Shown here: positions 11,403 to 22,683 of the stretch, piece by piece | How positions within the stretch are numbered: position 1 is the first letter of the stretch | How the letters are laid out: every line of letters starts with the position of its first letter | Assembly (NCBI GenBank): GCA_963807635.1 | Contig: CAWEDJ010000046.1 | Location: 1 to 53,626 of the forward strand | Length of the DNA: 53,626 bases | Source of the DNA: an uncultured cyanobacterium | Lineage (GTDB): Bacteria; Cyanobacteriota; Cyanobacteriia; Cyanobacteriales; Microcystaceae | Direction of reading: 5' to 3' | Translations under genes and position numbers: made by a program | The notes under the pieces: model-generated | Seen by the model: the letters and a program-made list of their open reading frames with translations, nothing else | Told to the model about the DNA's origin: nothing | The model's database searches: none

Positions 11403-11530
11403 TATCCATTTTTGATTAATACTTTTTGGAGTTTAACAGGATTTAATGTTGATTTAAACTGAAAATGTTTCGGATATTTTCAAGAAAATTCTATGGGGCG
11501 CAAGACTTACGCCCAATAAAATATCCTACC

Positions 11531-11968
11531 TCAAGCAAAACTCACGCTTTTTTGTAATATAGTTTCCAGTTCCACAATCAGAGAATCCAGATCAGACCCC
11601 AAATTCACAAAACATTCCGACGGCGACGGATCGGGTTGAAAATAAATCAGTTTAATTTGTCCCTTCGCGATCGCAATAATAGCGACTTCAATTTCAGGAT
11701 CATACCCGTCTAAAATTCCCAAAATTTCCTGAAGTTTATCGTCCACCCGTTGATTGAGCTTCTCAATGGCATTTTTGGGACAACTGACAAAATGGGGCTG
11801 GGGTTCGAGATCAATGCCCAAATGATTGTCCGTATCTGTCCATTCTTGGTGAAATCCCCAGGCAAGGGCCGCTAGTTGGTGACGATTAGCCTTAACAAAA
11901 TCATCGAGCTGAAAACGCCATTGATTTGCGGCATCATCGGGAAGGGTTGTACCCAAGGGAAGCATCAT
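11531..11968 (-). CDS. ccmS: Probable beta-carboxysome assembly factor CcmS
   Basis: WRFQLDDFVKAN..LAALAWG...LGIDLEPQPHFVSC...EILGILDGYDPE resembles the Slr1911/CcmS family (from recall). Confidence 0.7.
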   Translation of the reverse strand: MMLPLGTTLPDDAANQWRFQLDDFVKANRHQLAALAWGFHQEWTDTDNHLGIDLEPQPHFVSCPKNAIEKLNQRVDDKLQEILGILDGYDPEIEVAIIAIAKGQIKLIYFQPDPSPSECFVNLGSDLDSLIVELETILQKSVSFA

Positions 11969-11980
11969 AAACTCCTAAAA

Positions 11981-12987
11981 TTAACGTCGATATTCATCAC
12001 CACAATCCCCAATCGATTGATAAAGATTGCGAGATTTTTTCCAAATCGGTTCCAATGCTTGATAATCCTCTTCATCTAGGCTAAAACTAAAAACTTTAGC
12101 GGTATCCTCTCGATGTTCAGTGATTCCGAGCCTGGTTCCCACGATCACGCCTGCTACCATCGGTTGTTCCAAAACATAGCGTAGGGCTATATTGGCAATG
12201 GAAGCCTGATGTTTATCGGCAATCTTTCTCAGGATACCCAATAATTGTTGCAAAAGCGGCCAACCGCCCAAGCCTGGACAATATTGTGATATTTTCTCAG
12301 ACTGGCGTTATTGAGTCTCAAGGAGGCAGAATAGCCTAAATATTTATCGGTCAAGAGTCCCCCCGCCAGGGTTCCGTAGGCCAATAGTTTAATATCCTGT
12401 TCTTGGCAATATTGGCTCATTCTAAAAAGGGGACGACGATCTATCAGGGAACATTGGACTTGATTGGAGATAACCTTAATCCCTGCTTCGGTAATAATTT
12501 TGAGATGTTCGGTATCAAAGTTAGTTAAGGCCAAATGTTTGATTTTACCGATCTTTTGCAGTTCACTTAGATGATACAGAGCTTCTAAATAATCCTGATT
12601 TTGGTAATCTGCCCAATGAAACTGGAGCAAATCCAAGCAATCCATTCCCAGGCGATCGCAGGAAACATTGATATTATTTTCCACCAATTCCCGCGTCATT
12701 TTGCCCGATGTGGGAAACCATTTGGTAAAACATTGCAATTCATTTAAAGCGGCTGATCCTTTTTGATCTTCCCATTCCAGACGAAATTCCCCGATCAAAT
12801 CCTCTGCGGGGCCGTAGTGATTGGCCAAATCCCAAGTGGTAAAGCCAGCTTCTTGATAGTCAAACATCTCCGCAATCGCGCGATTGGGATCAATAGGGCC
12901 ATGACCGCCTGAAACTTGCCACAATCCATTTAATACACGACAAATACTGAGGTCTGGGGTTAACTGAAATCTTTCTAATTCAGTCAT
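11981..12987 (-). CDS. Aldo/keto reductase (split by 1-nt frameshift at ~12268)
   Basis: NGLWQVSGGHG, LDLLQFHW, GKIKHLALTNF in ORF 12229-12987; continues as WGGW.LLQQLL...GDCGDEYR in ORF 11981-12271. Confidence 0.88.
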
Positions 12988-13188
12988 GGGTTTATCGTGA
13001 TGGAAGAATAGATCCCTACTATACCTTACGCAGGGTAGGTCTATTTTTTGCGCGATCGCTTTTTGTCAATGCAATTTTTATCAATCCTCTGGTGTTGATC
13101 CTGTTTTTGGGGCTATACAATCCTACGCTTTAAGTTGGTGGACAGTATGGATATGACTCTATCCCAAATGGGAATCTACCTTGCTTTT

Positions 13189-13926
13189 TTATAACGGATC
13201 TAAGAGATCAAAAATACGGACTCTCATCTCCTCAATCTGGGATAGGGGATCAACGCCCATCGGACAACTCAGATTGCACATCCGACACCCATTACAACCC
13301 CAAACGCCCTTGGTTCCTTCGCTGTGTTGTTCCAAACGGGATGAGGATTCGCTGTCACGGGAATCGATAATAAAACGATGGGCTTTGGCTAGGGCGTGGG
13401 GGCCGACGAAATCGGCATTTTTTCCCTTGGCATCACAATCGGAATAACAGGCCGCACAGAGAATACAGTTGGCAGTTTTAGTCAGTTGTTTACGCTCGTC
13501 GGGGGATTGGAGGTTTTCCTGTTCGGGTTTATTCTGGCGTTGATCAATGAGATAGGGATAAATCCGATCCAGGTCGGCCCAAAAATTGGTCATATCTACC
13601 ACTAAATCTTTGATGACGGGTAAATTTCCCAAAGGTTGAATGGTCAACTCGTTCGTGTGGATGTAATTGTTAGCTTCTAGCCACGCAAAAACTGTGCTGA
13701 CATTTTCCTTGCAAGCCAGAAAAGGGCGATTATTAATACGGATAGCGCAACTGCCACAGATCGCATTACGGCAGTTTTTCCTAAAAGCGAGGCTACCGTC
13801 CTGTTCCCATTTGATCTGATTGAGACAATCTAGAATGGTGGTGTTGGATTCCACTTCTAGGGAATAATTTTGGAACGTCGGTATTTCGTTGGGGTGTTGA
13901 CGATAAACTTTGAACTGGATTTGCAT
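13189..13926 (-). CDS. sdhB: Succinate dehydrogenase/fumarate reductase Fe-S subunit
   Basis: CRNAICGSC, CILCAACYSDC and CNGCRMCNLSCP cluster motifs; LPVIKDLVVD. Confidence 0.93.
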   Translation of the reverse strand: MQIQFKVYRQHPNEIPTFQNYSLEVESNTTILDCLNQIKWEQDGSLAFRKNCRNAICGSCAIRINNRPFLACKENVSTVFAWLEANNYIHTNELTIQPLGNLPVIKDLVVDMTNFWADLDRIYPYLIDQRQNKPEQENLQSPDERKQLTKTANCILCAACYSDCDAKGKNADFVGPHALAKAHRFIIDSRDSESSSRLEQHSEGTKGVWGCNGCRMCNLSCPMGVDPLSQIEEMRVRIFDLLDPL

Positions 13927-14004
13927 AGATTAGGTGAGGTCAGGAGAAAACCTGTTGCGATCGCGTTTTTGTCTTTAGTTATGCGATCGCGTATTTTGAG
14001 AAAA

Positions 14005-15150
14005 CTAGGGTTTTAAGACTTTTTTAAGAGCCGCTAATAATAGAAGAACTTTTTCGGGTTTGCTGTTGTAACCCATGAGTCCAATGCGCCAAACCTTACC
14101 CGCTAATTCCCCTAAGCCTAAACCGATTTCCATATTATATTCGATGCGTAATTTAGTCGCGATCGCCTTAGCATCTAATCCATCGGGAACGCGGACAGTC
14201 GTTAAAGTTGGTAAACGGTAGGCTTGATCCACTAGACATTCTAAACCGAGTTCTTCAAGTCCTGCCCAGAGGGATTCTGCATTTTCTTGATGACGTTTCC
14301 AACTATTTTCAATCCCTTCTTCTGCCAACAGATAAAGAGCTTCTCGGACGGCATAATTCATATTAATAGGAGCCGTGTGGTGATAGGTGCGATCGCTTCC
14401 CCAATAATGACTGAGTAAAGACATATCCAAATACCAATTAGCGACTTTTGTAGAACGATTCTGCATCTTTTCTACCGCTCTTGGACTCATAGTAAAAGGC
14501 CCCAATCCCAGGAGGACAACCTAAGCCTTTTTGACTACAACTATAGGAAAGATCAATTCCCCATTTATCCAAGAAAATGGGAACGGCTCCTAAACTGGTG
14601 ACCGTATCAACTAATAGTAAACAATTATTTGCCCGACACACTTCACCCAATCCTTCTAGGGGTTGACGAACGCCTGTGGAAGTTTCGGCATGGACAATGG
14701 CTAAAATCGCGGGTTTATGGGTCGCGATCGCTTCAGTGAGTTCTTCGAGACTAAAAACTTCTCCCCAGGGTTTGTTAATTGTACGGACATCGGCTCCGTA
14801 GCGTCCCGCCATATCCACTAAACGATTACCAAAATAGCCCTTAACTGCCACTAAAACCACGTCCCCAGGTTCAACGGTATTGGCCAAAGTGGCTTCCATC
14901 GCCGCACTTCCCGTTCCACTCACAGGAATCGTCATGGGATTTTCCGTTTGCCAGGCGTAGCGCAACAGGCTTTGGGATTCGTTCATCAGAGTGAGAAAAT
15001 CGGGGTCAAGATGGCCAATGGGAGGCAGACTCATAGCCGCGAGAATACGGGGATCGGCATTGGAGGGGCCTGACCAAAGAGCCAACGTCCAGAAATTTCT
15101 ACTCTAGTCTGAGGGAAGCGATCGCGTTCGTTAATAGCAAAAGTCGTCAT
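14005..15150 (-). CDS. Alanine-glyoxylate/serine-pyruvate aminotransferase (class V), two 1-nt frameshifts
   Basis: ATG 15150 MTTFAINERD...; GPSN, SGTGSAAME, HAETSTG, SQKGL(PLP Lys), YHHTAP, WRIGLMG. Breaks at ~15075 and ~14500. Confidence 0.88.
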
Positions 15151-15752
15151 GGGAAGAAAAAATTCAATATTACTCCCATTTTACCCCAGATGATCGACCC
15201 TATTATTAAGGAATGTGCGATTCGTTTAATGCCTAATAAATAAGCATTACAGCTAAAAATCTAAAAAAATAGATTAACTGAACTATCCTTCCGATGAGGG
15301 TGTAAGCCCCTCTCCTTAAACTCGAAGGTAACTCCTCATCTGCCCACACCGAATAGACTCGGAATTCTATAGAGTGAAGCTGGGAACAGGGCTGAACCAG
15401 ACCAGAGTTGTACTGGACACTGCGGCTAACAGGGAGTCCCCATGATAAAACTGAGCCTCGAAAAGCGACTTAAGTAAGGGCAGACACAACAGAACACCGT
15501 CTGACCTCGCCAGAGATTAGTACCCCGCCGCACCCTATTCCTAGTAGCGGCAAGAGTAGGGGGTTCTGGCAGTTGAATTGGCTATATCTAAAGGGACAAT
15601 TAATCGACAGGATGGAACGAATAAAAACGAATGCAGGGTCTGAGGGCGGTCGAACTCTTGGTAAACCAGACGAGAGGTGTAATCCCTTGCATTCGGGTAG
15701 GACAGTCCGTAATTGGGCTGAGGTATATAGAAAACACAAACAGATGCAGATT

Positions 15753-18700
15753 ATGGTTAGACACGGTATAAATACCAGTGAACTATGGAAAAACTTACCT
15801 TGGAAGAAATTCAAAAAGACGTTATTCCGACTACAAAAGCACGTGTTCAAAGCAGTTCAAGTTGGCGACAAGCGCAAAGCTCGGTCACTTCAAAAACTGA
15901 TTCTAAAATCTCAATCGGCTAGATTACTAGCAATCCGACAAGTAACACAGTTAAATGCTGGCAAGAAAACGGCTGGAATAGATGGTAAAGCGTCCCTCAA
16001 CTTTGAAGAACGCCTTGCACTTGATGACCTTATAGGTCAAAGCCACTCTAACTGGAAACACCAAGGCTTACGAGAAATTCCCATCCCTAAAAAGGACGGA
16101 ACGACACGAATGCTAAAAGTGCCTACCATAGCGGACAGAGCTTGGCAATGCCTAGCAAAATACGCTCTCGAACCAGCACATGAAGCAACTTTTCATGCAC
16201 GAAGCTACGGATTCAGAACAGGACGTTCAGCGCACGATGCTCAGAAAATCCTTTTCCTAAATCTAAGAAGTACAAACAACGCAATAAACAAACGAGTCAT
16301 AGAACTTGACATCGAAAAATGCTTCGACAGGATTAACCACTCAGCAATCATGGATGAACTCATCGCCCCCAAAGGGCTAAAGCTAGGTATCTTCCGATGC
16401 CTCAAAGCTGGAACCAATGTGGGATTCCCAGACCAAGGAACGCCGCAAGGCGGGGTGGTAAGTCCACTGCTAGCCAATATTGCATTAAATGGAATCGAAA
16501 GTATCCACTCCTACAAAACAGGAGGGTATAAAATGGAACCATCAATCCGTTACGCGGATGACATGGTAATCATACTCCGACCCCAAGATAATGCTGAGGC
16601 AGTACTTGAAAGGATTAGCGAATTTCTAGCCAAACGAGGAATGAAAATTAGTGAGAAGAAAACTAAGATAACCGCTACGACAGATGGATTTGACTTCCTC
16701 GGCTGGGTGCGACTCGTTCTAGCTTCGGGAAAGGCTAAAAAAGCCCCAAATAGCTAGCCTAGAGAAAATCTCTAGAGAACTATCTCAATCATGTAGGTTA
16801 AATTCCTACCGATGTAATGACCATCTGAAAGCATCTTGGATAGGCAAGCGACTGGTTCTCAAATGTCTAAAGCTCCGAGAAATGAGGATAAACTGATAGC
16901 CTAAATCAGTGACACTTCTAGCAAAATCACTCATGTGTAGGTTAGACGAACTTTGTCAAACCCTCGTTAGGAAAGGAAATACCAAATAAGGCTGAAAGGT
17001 ATTAAAACTCTGAAGCTAATTAGAATCCATGCCGCTAATTAGGTCATTCAATAAGTAGGAGTCGGGGGAGGTCAAGGACACTAAAAGTGATACGAAATGA
17101 TGAGATGGAACGAAGTAACTCCTATAGGACTCTCGGTAAGGTCGAAAACCGAGTAGTAACCAGCGCAAGTACTATATGGAGCGGGATTGTTTCAGAAGCC
17201 AATGCCCAATCATAATGGAAGGGATATGCTGACGGAAACACTTTTATTTGAAAGAAAAGGTCGTAAATAGTAGATGAAAAGCGATGAGCAAAGCGAAAGC
17301 TAAGTATACGAACTGGAGTGAAATAAACTGGCGTAAGCTAGAGAAGAAACTCTGGAAACTACAAAAGCGAATTTTTCGAGCTAAGAAAGAGGAAAACGTC
17401 AAGCTGGTCAAACAGCTTCAGAAACTTTTGGTCAAGAGCTTTGCCGCTAAAACATTAGCAGTGAGAAAAATAACTCAAGACAATAGAGGGAAACGAACGG
17501 CAGGTATTGATGGAGTAAAGTCCATCCCACCAGCAAAAAGGTTTCAATTAGTGGAAAGACTCCAAATTTCCCACAAAGCTAAACCTCTTAGACGGATATA
17601 TATCCCAAAAGAAGGTACGGATGAGAAACGCCCACTAAGTATACCCACGATTAACGATAGAGCAGTCCAAATGCTCATCAAAATGGCTCTAGAGCCAGAA
17701 TGGGAGGCAGTCTTCGAGCCAAATTCATATGGATTCCGATTAGGTAGACAAAGCCAAGATGCCATTGAACAAATCTTTTCTAGCATCAATAAAAAGCCTA
17801 AATGGGTTCTTGATGCTGATATCTCCAAATGCTTTGATAGCATAAATCACAGCTATCTATTGAAAAAGTTAGGAAAATGTCCTAAGAGCATCAGAGTACA
17901 AATTAAAGCATGGCTCAAAGCAGGATATCTGGAAGGAAACGAATTATTCCCAACTGAAGAAGGAACACCGCAGGGAGGCACTATAAGCCCCTTGTTAGCC
18001 AATATCGCCCTTCACGGTATGGAAACGGTCTTGACAGAATGGGTAAGAACTTGGAAAGGATGCAAGAGGGATAACCTCGATTCATTTTCCTTTGTAAGAT
18101 ACGCAGACGACTTCGTTTGTCTGTATGAATCCAAAGAAGTGATAGAAAGTGCAAAGGAAATCCTTAGCGAATTCTTGAAACCAATTGGATTACAACTTAA
18201 ACCCGAAAAGACCCAGATAGTTCACACACTGAACACAAATAAAGGATTCGATTTTCTAGGATTTAATGTACGACAGTACGCTATCCAAAATGGGAAAACG
18301 GATAAAAGGACAGGAGTTAAGAGAGGATATAAAACTCTCATCAAACCCTCCAAGAAAGCTATCAAGAGACATTATGAGAAAATAGCTAAAATAGTTAGAA
18401 ATAACAAAGCAGTAAAACAAGAAAATCTCATTAAAATACTCAACCCAATTATTAGAGGATGGTGTAACTACTACTCCTCGACAGTAAGCAAGAAAATATT
18501 TAAAAAACTAGATCACCTAGTTTACTGTTTACTTCGTAGATGGTGTATTAGAAGACATCCTAATAAGCCTAAAACTTGGGTTAAGGATAAGTACTATCAT
18601 CAATGTGTTACAAAAGATAGCGTTAAAAATTGGGTTTTCAAGGAGGGTAAACAGACACTCTTAGTACACGCAGACACTAAAATTGAAAGGCATATCAAAG

Positions 18701-19661
18701 TCAAAAGTGGAAAATCTCCTTATGATGGTGATAGCATTTACTGGGCTTCCAGACTAGGTAGAAGCAAAGAACTAGGTACGTCAACCAATAAACTCCTAAA
18801 ACAACAAAAAGGCAAATGTTTATACTGCGGAGCGATATTCAAAGAAGGTGACGCTATAGAAACCGACCATGTAGTGCCAAAATCATTAGGTGGAAAGGAC
18901 TCCTATAGCAATCTCCAGTTGCTTCATGCTCACTGTCACGACCAAAAGACTGCTCAAGATGGCTCACTCAATCAAGGTATTCATGATAAGAATCAGGTAA
19001 AAGAGGAGCGGTATGAAGTGAAAGTTTCATGTACCGTTTTGAAGACGAGTGGTTTTCGTGAGAGAATTGCTTAGTTCAACCGATTTAAAGTCCAGAACAA
19101 CGGTAAGTTCAGATGTACCCCTTCAGAGGAGAACTTATGGCATTCCGTAAGAAGGTAAAATCAATAGTCAATAACTCAAATTATGGAGCCACAATAAAGG
19201 CTAAGAAATTAGCTCCATTAGTTAGAGGATGGAGACAATACCATAAATACTGCAAAATGGATGCAAGTAGGAACTCTCTCTATCACATCCAGAAGCGGGC
19301 ATACGCTGTATTTAACAGGGAAGCGAAACAGAATCGCCATACCAGTAAGACATTACTGGATAAAGCATTCCCAAAAGTACCCTATTCTGAAAACAAACAT
19401 ATCAACGTTAAAGGGATGAAATCACCCTATGACGGAGATATTACCTATTGGAGTGAGCGTAATAGCAAACTTTATGATAACCACACTTCTAAAGCCTTAA
19501 AACGGCAAAACCATTCATGTGACTCCTGCGGACTTAAATTCGTAGGAGAAGAAAAAGTACATTTACATCACGTAGATGGAAATCACGACAACTGGAAAAC
19601 AAAGAATCTTGTAGCAATACATCGCTCTTGTCACCAACTCTCGCACATGAGCAAGGGTTAA
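15753..19661 (+). CDS. ltrA: Outer-intron RT/maturase/HNH protein, join(15753..16706,19081..19661) with a 1-nt frameshift near 19136
   Basis: RT0-7 motifs (GKKTAGIDG, PTIADR, DIEKCFD, GTPQGG, RYADD, FDFLGW). After the inner intron it resumes RFKVQNNGKFRCTPSEEN, then (frameshift) AFRKKVK...RGWRQYH...HLHHVDGNH (HNH). Confidence 0.85.
16707..19080 (+). mobile_element. Inner group II intron with intact RT ORF
   Basis: GTGCGACTCG directly after the Trp codon of FLGW. Domain V GAGCGGTATGAAGTGAAAGTTTCATGTACCGTTTT at ~19006-19040; 3' end TTAGTTCAAC at 19080. Confidence 0.92.
17284..19074 (+). CDS. ltrA: Group II intron reverse transcriptase/maturase with HNH endonuclease
   Basis: GKRTAGIDG, PTINDR, DADISKCFD, GTPQGG, VRYADD, FDFLGF, X-domain RGWCNYY, CLYC...ETDHVVPKSLGG..NLQLLHAHCH. 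Confidence 0.96.
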   Translation: MSKAKAKYTNWSEINWRKLEKKLWKLQKRIFRAKKEENVKLVKQLQKLLVKSFAAKTLAVRKITQDNRGKRTAGIDGVKSIPPAKRFQLVERLQISHKAKPLRRIYIPKEGTDEKRPLSIPTINDRAVQMLIKMALEPEWEAVFEPNSYGFRLGRQSQDAIEQIFSSINKKPKWVLDADISKCFDSINHSYLLKKLGKCPKSIRVQIKAWLKAGYLEGNELFPTEEGTPQGGTISPLLANIALHGMETVLTEWVRTWKGCKRDNLDSFSFVRYADDFVCLYESKEVIESAKEILSEFLKPIGLQLKPEKTQIVHTLNTNKGFDFLGFNVRQYAIQNGKTDKRTGVKRGYKTLIKPSKKAIKRHYEKIAKIVRNNKAVKQENLIKILNPIIRGWCNYYSSTVSKKIFKKLDHLVYCLLRRWCIRRHPNKPKTWVKDKYYHQCVTKDSVKNWVFKEGKQTLLVHADTKIERHIKVKSGKSPYDGDSIYWASRLGRSKELGTSTNKLLKQQKGKCLYCGAIFKEGDAIETDHVVPKSLGGKDSYSNLQLLHAHCHDQKTAQDGSLNQGIHDKNQVKEERYEVKVSCTVLKTSGFRERIA

Positions 19662-19917
19662 CCCCCTAATATATCGGGAGCCGTGTGCGGTGAAAGTCGC
19701 ACGCACGGTTCTAATTGAGAGGGGCGAGGTTTAATAGCCTCCCTCGACTCTACCAAACCAACAGGAACTTAATACTACTAATCTACGGACTTTTTCCATC
19801 AGTATCATTAATCCCCCAAGAAATTCCCTCCTACTTTTGAATTTTGGGAACCGTTATAGCAAAAGTTTGAATGTTGGAAAAGTTCAGCGATCGCAGAAAA
19901 AGCCTGATCGACTGTAA

Positions 19918-20571
19918 CTAATCTATCCAAGGGATTTCTTCCTCTGACTCCAAGCTGAGTAAGGCCTCACCACTGTTCCTACTTGACTGCGAGACAGCTC
20001 CGACATTTTTTCGGTAAGTGCCACCATCGCAAACGATTTCGTTTCCTAAAGAAAGGCGGAGGTTGGGATCATTTATGAGGGATTGACTAATGAAAATAGA
20101 TTTAGGGCGAGGAATTGCTTTTTTCATAAAAGTTATCTGTTCGGAAAATAAAACTTGGTTTGTATCCTGAAATCCAGACCTTCCTTTAGACTGCAACACT
20201 AAATTTTTGACAAAATAATCAACTGTTTCTTTTTTAAGCCAACCTTTAACAACGGCAACGTTTCCGAAACGGATACCCATTTGTTTTTGTTCCTGAAGGA
20301 TGGCGTTAATTTGTTCTGTTTCTAGGAGAGAAGCCAGTTGAAAATAGTAACCCAGGGGATGACGAGAAGAATTATTGAGTAAGGACGACCACTGTTCTAC
20401 AAAAAAGTCCGCAGTTTTTTGATTGAGCCAACCGCGCAAATGCAAAATTTCCCCCAGGGGAAGCTGGTAGCTTTGTTGATCGCGGAGTACGACTTCGAGT
20501 TGAGCGGCTGAGATGAGAGCGGCTTCCTGTAAAATTTCACCTAATAACTGGATAGGGGGATGATGGGGCAT
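19918..20571 (-). CDS. Protein with tandem MshEN/GspE-N-like motifs
   Basis: LLGEILQEAALISAAQLEVVLRDQ, LGEILHLRGWL, LGYYFQLASLL..EQINAILQEQ, FGNVAVVKGWL. Confidence 0.7.
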   Translation of the reverse strand: MPHHPPIQLLGEILQEAALISAAQLEVVLRDQQSYQLPLGEILHLRGWLNQKTADFFVEQWSSLLNNSSRHPLGYYFQLASLLETEQINAILQEQKQMGIRFGNVAVVKGWLKKETVDYFVKNLVLQSKGRSGFQDTNQVLFSEQITFMKKAIPRPKSIFISQSLINDPNLRLSLGNEIVCDGGTYRKNVGAVSQSSRNSGEALLSLESEEEIPWID

Positions 20572-20799
20572 AGTTTATGAGCAAATTCATATATTTGCCG
20601 TCAATATTGGCTTAAATGATAAAAAGGTATCAAAAATTTATGTTTTTTTTGTGAATAGCTTCGATGCAATGAAAGTTCATCATCAATTCCTGAATTTGCC
20701 CTAGCTCAGTTTTGGCAGCTTGAACGCAGTCTAGGGTTGGATTTGGTAGTATCGAATCACGACCGATTGTAAATAAAGATGAATTAAAAATTTATCCCT

Positions 20800-22668
20800 A
20801 TGTCAGAGACAATGACCGCAAGCCCTTTAACCCACGATCGCGATCGCCTGGAAAGTCGCCTTAAGGAAATTCCCACTGATGCAGGGGTCTATTTCATGCG
20901 GGATAAAACGGGAGATATTCTGTATATCGGGAAAGCGAAGAAATTAAGAACCAGAGTTCGTTCCTACTTTCGGGGATCGCCTTCCCATAATTCCCGCATT
21001 GCTCTGATGGTGAAACAGGTTGCCGAAATTGAATTTATTGTTACTGATACGGAATCGGAAGCGTTGGCATTAGAAGCTAACTTAATTAAACAACACCAAC
21101 CCCACTTTAATATTCTCCTGAAAGATGATAAGAAATATCCTTACGTTTGTATTACCTGGTCAGAGCAATATCCCCGTCTTTTTATTACTCGAAAGCGGCG
21201 TTTAGGTAATCCGAAAGACCGATATTATGGCCCCTATGTAGATAGTCGTTTATTACGACAAACGTTGCAATTAATTCAACGGGTTTTTCCTCTTCGTCAG
21301 CGTCCTAAACCTTTATTTAAAGACCGACCTTGTTTAAATTATGATATTGGGCGTTGTCCTGGGGTTTGCCAGACCTTAATTACCCCTGAAGATTATCATC
21401 AAACTCTCCAGAAAGTAGCTATGATTTTTCAAGGGCGATCGCAGGAATTGACAACCAAACTCCAGCAACAAATGGAAAAAGCGGCGGAGGATTTACGGTT
21501 TGAACAGGCGGCTCTCCTTCGGGATCAACTGGTTGCCTTAAATAGTTTAAATGCAGATCAAAAAGTTGCCCTCGCTGACGACACCATTTCCAGGGACGCG
21601 ATCGCCTTAGCTAGTGAGGGAAATCATTGTGCTATTCAATTATTTCAAATTCGGGCGGGTCGATTAGTCGGTCGGTTGGGATTTTTTGCCGATAGTCAAT
21701 CTGTAGAACCAGGGGCGATTTTACAACGGGTTTTAGAAGAACATTACAGTCAAGTAGAATCCGTTGAAATCCCCAATGAAATTTTATTACAACATCACTT
21801 ACCCAATGAGGAAATATTAGCAGAATGGTTGACAGAACGTAGGGGAAAAAAAGTGAGTTTGATGACTCCCCAAAAGCAAAGCAAAGCTGAATTAATTGAG
21901 ATGGTAGAACGCAATGCCCGCTACGAATTGGAACGGACGCAACGGTTAGCAGAAAGAGATTTGCAAGCCTTAGAAGATCTAGCGGAAATTTTAAATTTAC
22001 CCGAAATTCCTAAACGCATTGAAGGCTACGATATTTCCCATATTCAGGGTTCCAATGCGGTCGCCTCTCAGGTGGTTTTTATTAATGGCGTTCCCGCTAA
22101 ACAACATTATCGTCACTACAAAATCCAAAATCCCGAAGTTACCATTGGCCATTCCGATGATTTTGCCAGTTTAGCCGAGGTTATTGGTCGTCGTTTTCGG
22201 GATTATGCCAATATTAAGATTCAAGATTCTCCTGATTTTCCCGATTTAGTGATGATTGATGGCGGCAAAGGTCAATTATCGTCAGTTGTGGCAGTTTTAG
22301 AAAAAATGAATTTGTTAGACCAATTAACGGTGGTGAGTTTAGCGAAACAACGAGAGGAAATTTTTCTTCCCGCAGAAACGAAACCCTTAGCAACCGATCG
22401 CGAGCAACCAGGGGTGCAACTTTTAAGACGAGTGCGGGATGAAGCCCACCGTTTTGCGATTACCTTCCATCGTCAACAACGGTTAAATCACAGTCGGCGA
22501 TCGCGATTAGAAGAAATTCCAGGCTTAGGATTCCAGCGACAAAAGCAGTTATTAGCCCATTTTCGCTCCTTGGATTATATTCGGGAAGCAACCTTAGAAC
22601 AATTGAAACAAGTCGAGGGAATCGGCGATCGTTTAGCCCAGGAAATTTATCAATATTTTCATCCCTAA
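20800..22668 (+). CDS. uvrC: Excinuclease ABC subunit C
   Basis: GIY-YIG (GVYFM...LYIGKAK), UVR domain, [25 protein letters not shown], HhH. Confidence 0.98.
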   Translation: MSETMTASPLTHDRDRLESRLKEIPTDAGVYFMRDKTGDILYIGKAKKLRTRVRSYFRGSPSHNSRIALMVKQVAEIEFIVTDTESEALALEANLIKQHQPHFNILLKDDKKYPYVCITWSEQYPRLFITRKRRLGNPKDRYYGPYVDSRLLRQTLQLIQRVFPLRQRPKPLFKDRPCLNYDIGRCPGVCQTLITPEDYHQTLQKVAMIFQGRSQELTTKLQQQMEKAAEDLRFEQAALLRDQLVALNSLNADQKVALADDTISRDAIALASEGNHCAIQLFQIRAGRLVGRLGFFADSQSVEPGAILQRVLEEHYSQVESVEIPNEILLQHHLPNEEILAEWLTERRGKKVSLMTPQKQSKAELIEMVERNARYELERTQRLAERDLQALEDLAEILNLPEIPKRIEGYDISHIQGSNAVASQVVFINGVPAKQHYRHYKIQNPEVTIGHSDDFASLAEVIGRRFRDYANIKIQDSPDFPDLVMIDGGKGQLSSVVAVLEKMNLLDQLTVVSLAKQREEIFLPAETKPLATDREQPGVQLLRRVRDEAHRFAITFHRQQRLNHSRRSRLEEIPGLGFQRQKQLLAHFRSLDYIREATLEQLKQVEGIGDRLAQEIYQYFHP

Positions 22669-22683
22669 TTCTGATTTATTTTT

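Larger units (their letters stand above)
15215..19753 (+). mobile_element. Outer group II intron (IIB, chloroplast-like class), interrupted by a second intron
   Basis: 5' GTGCG at 15215. EBS1 ATTCCT (15537-15542, in a GCCGC/GCGGC stem-loop) pairs 6/6 with the 5' exon AGGAAT. Domain V GAGCCGTGTGCGGTGAAAGTCGCACGCACGGTTC at 19678-19711; domain VI ends CTCTAC at 19753. Confidence 0.92.

Noticed and set aside
15573..15752. N-terminal 60-aa extension of the outer RT and its C-terminal tail VRLVLASGKAKKAPNS
   Set aside because: The extension is ribozyme sequence upstream of the likely ATG at 15753. The tail is read-through into the inner intron's 5' end.
15573..19661. RT ORFs as a retron, DGR or defence-associated RT system
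   Set aside because: Both have group II intron boundaries, DV/DVI, X and HNH domains; the three ORFs are fully explained by nesting.
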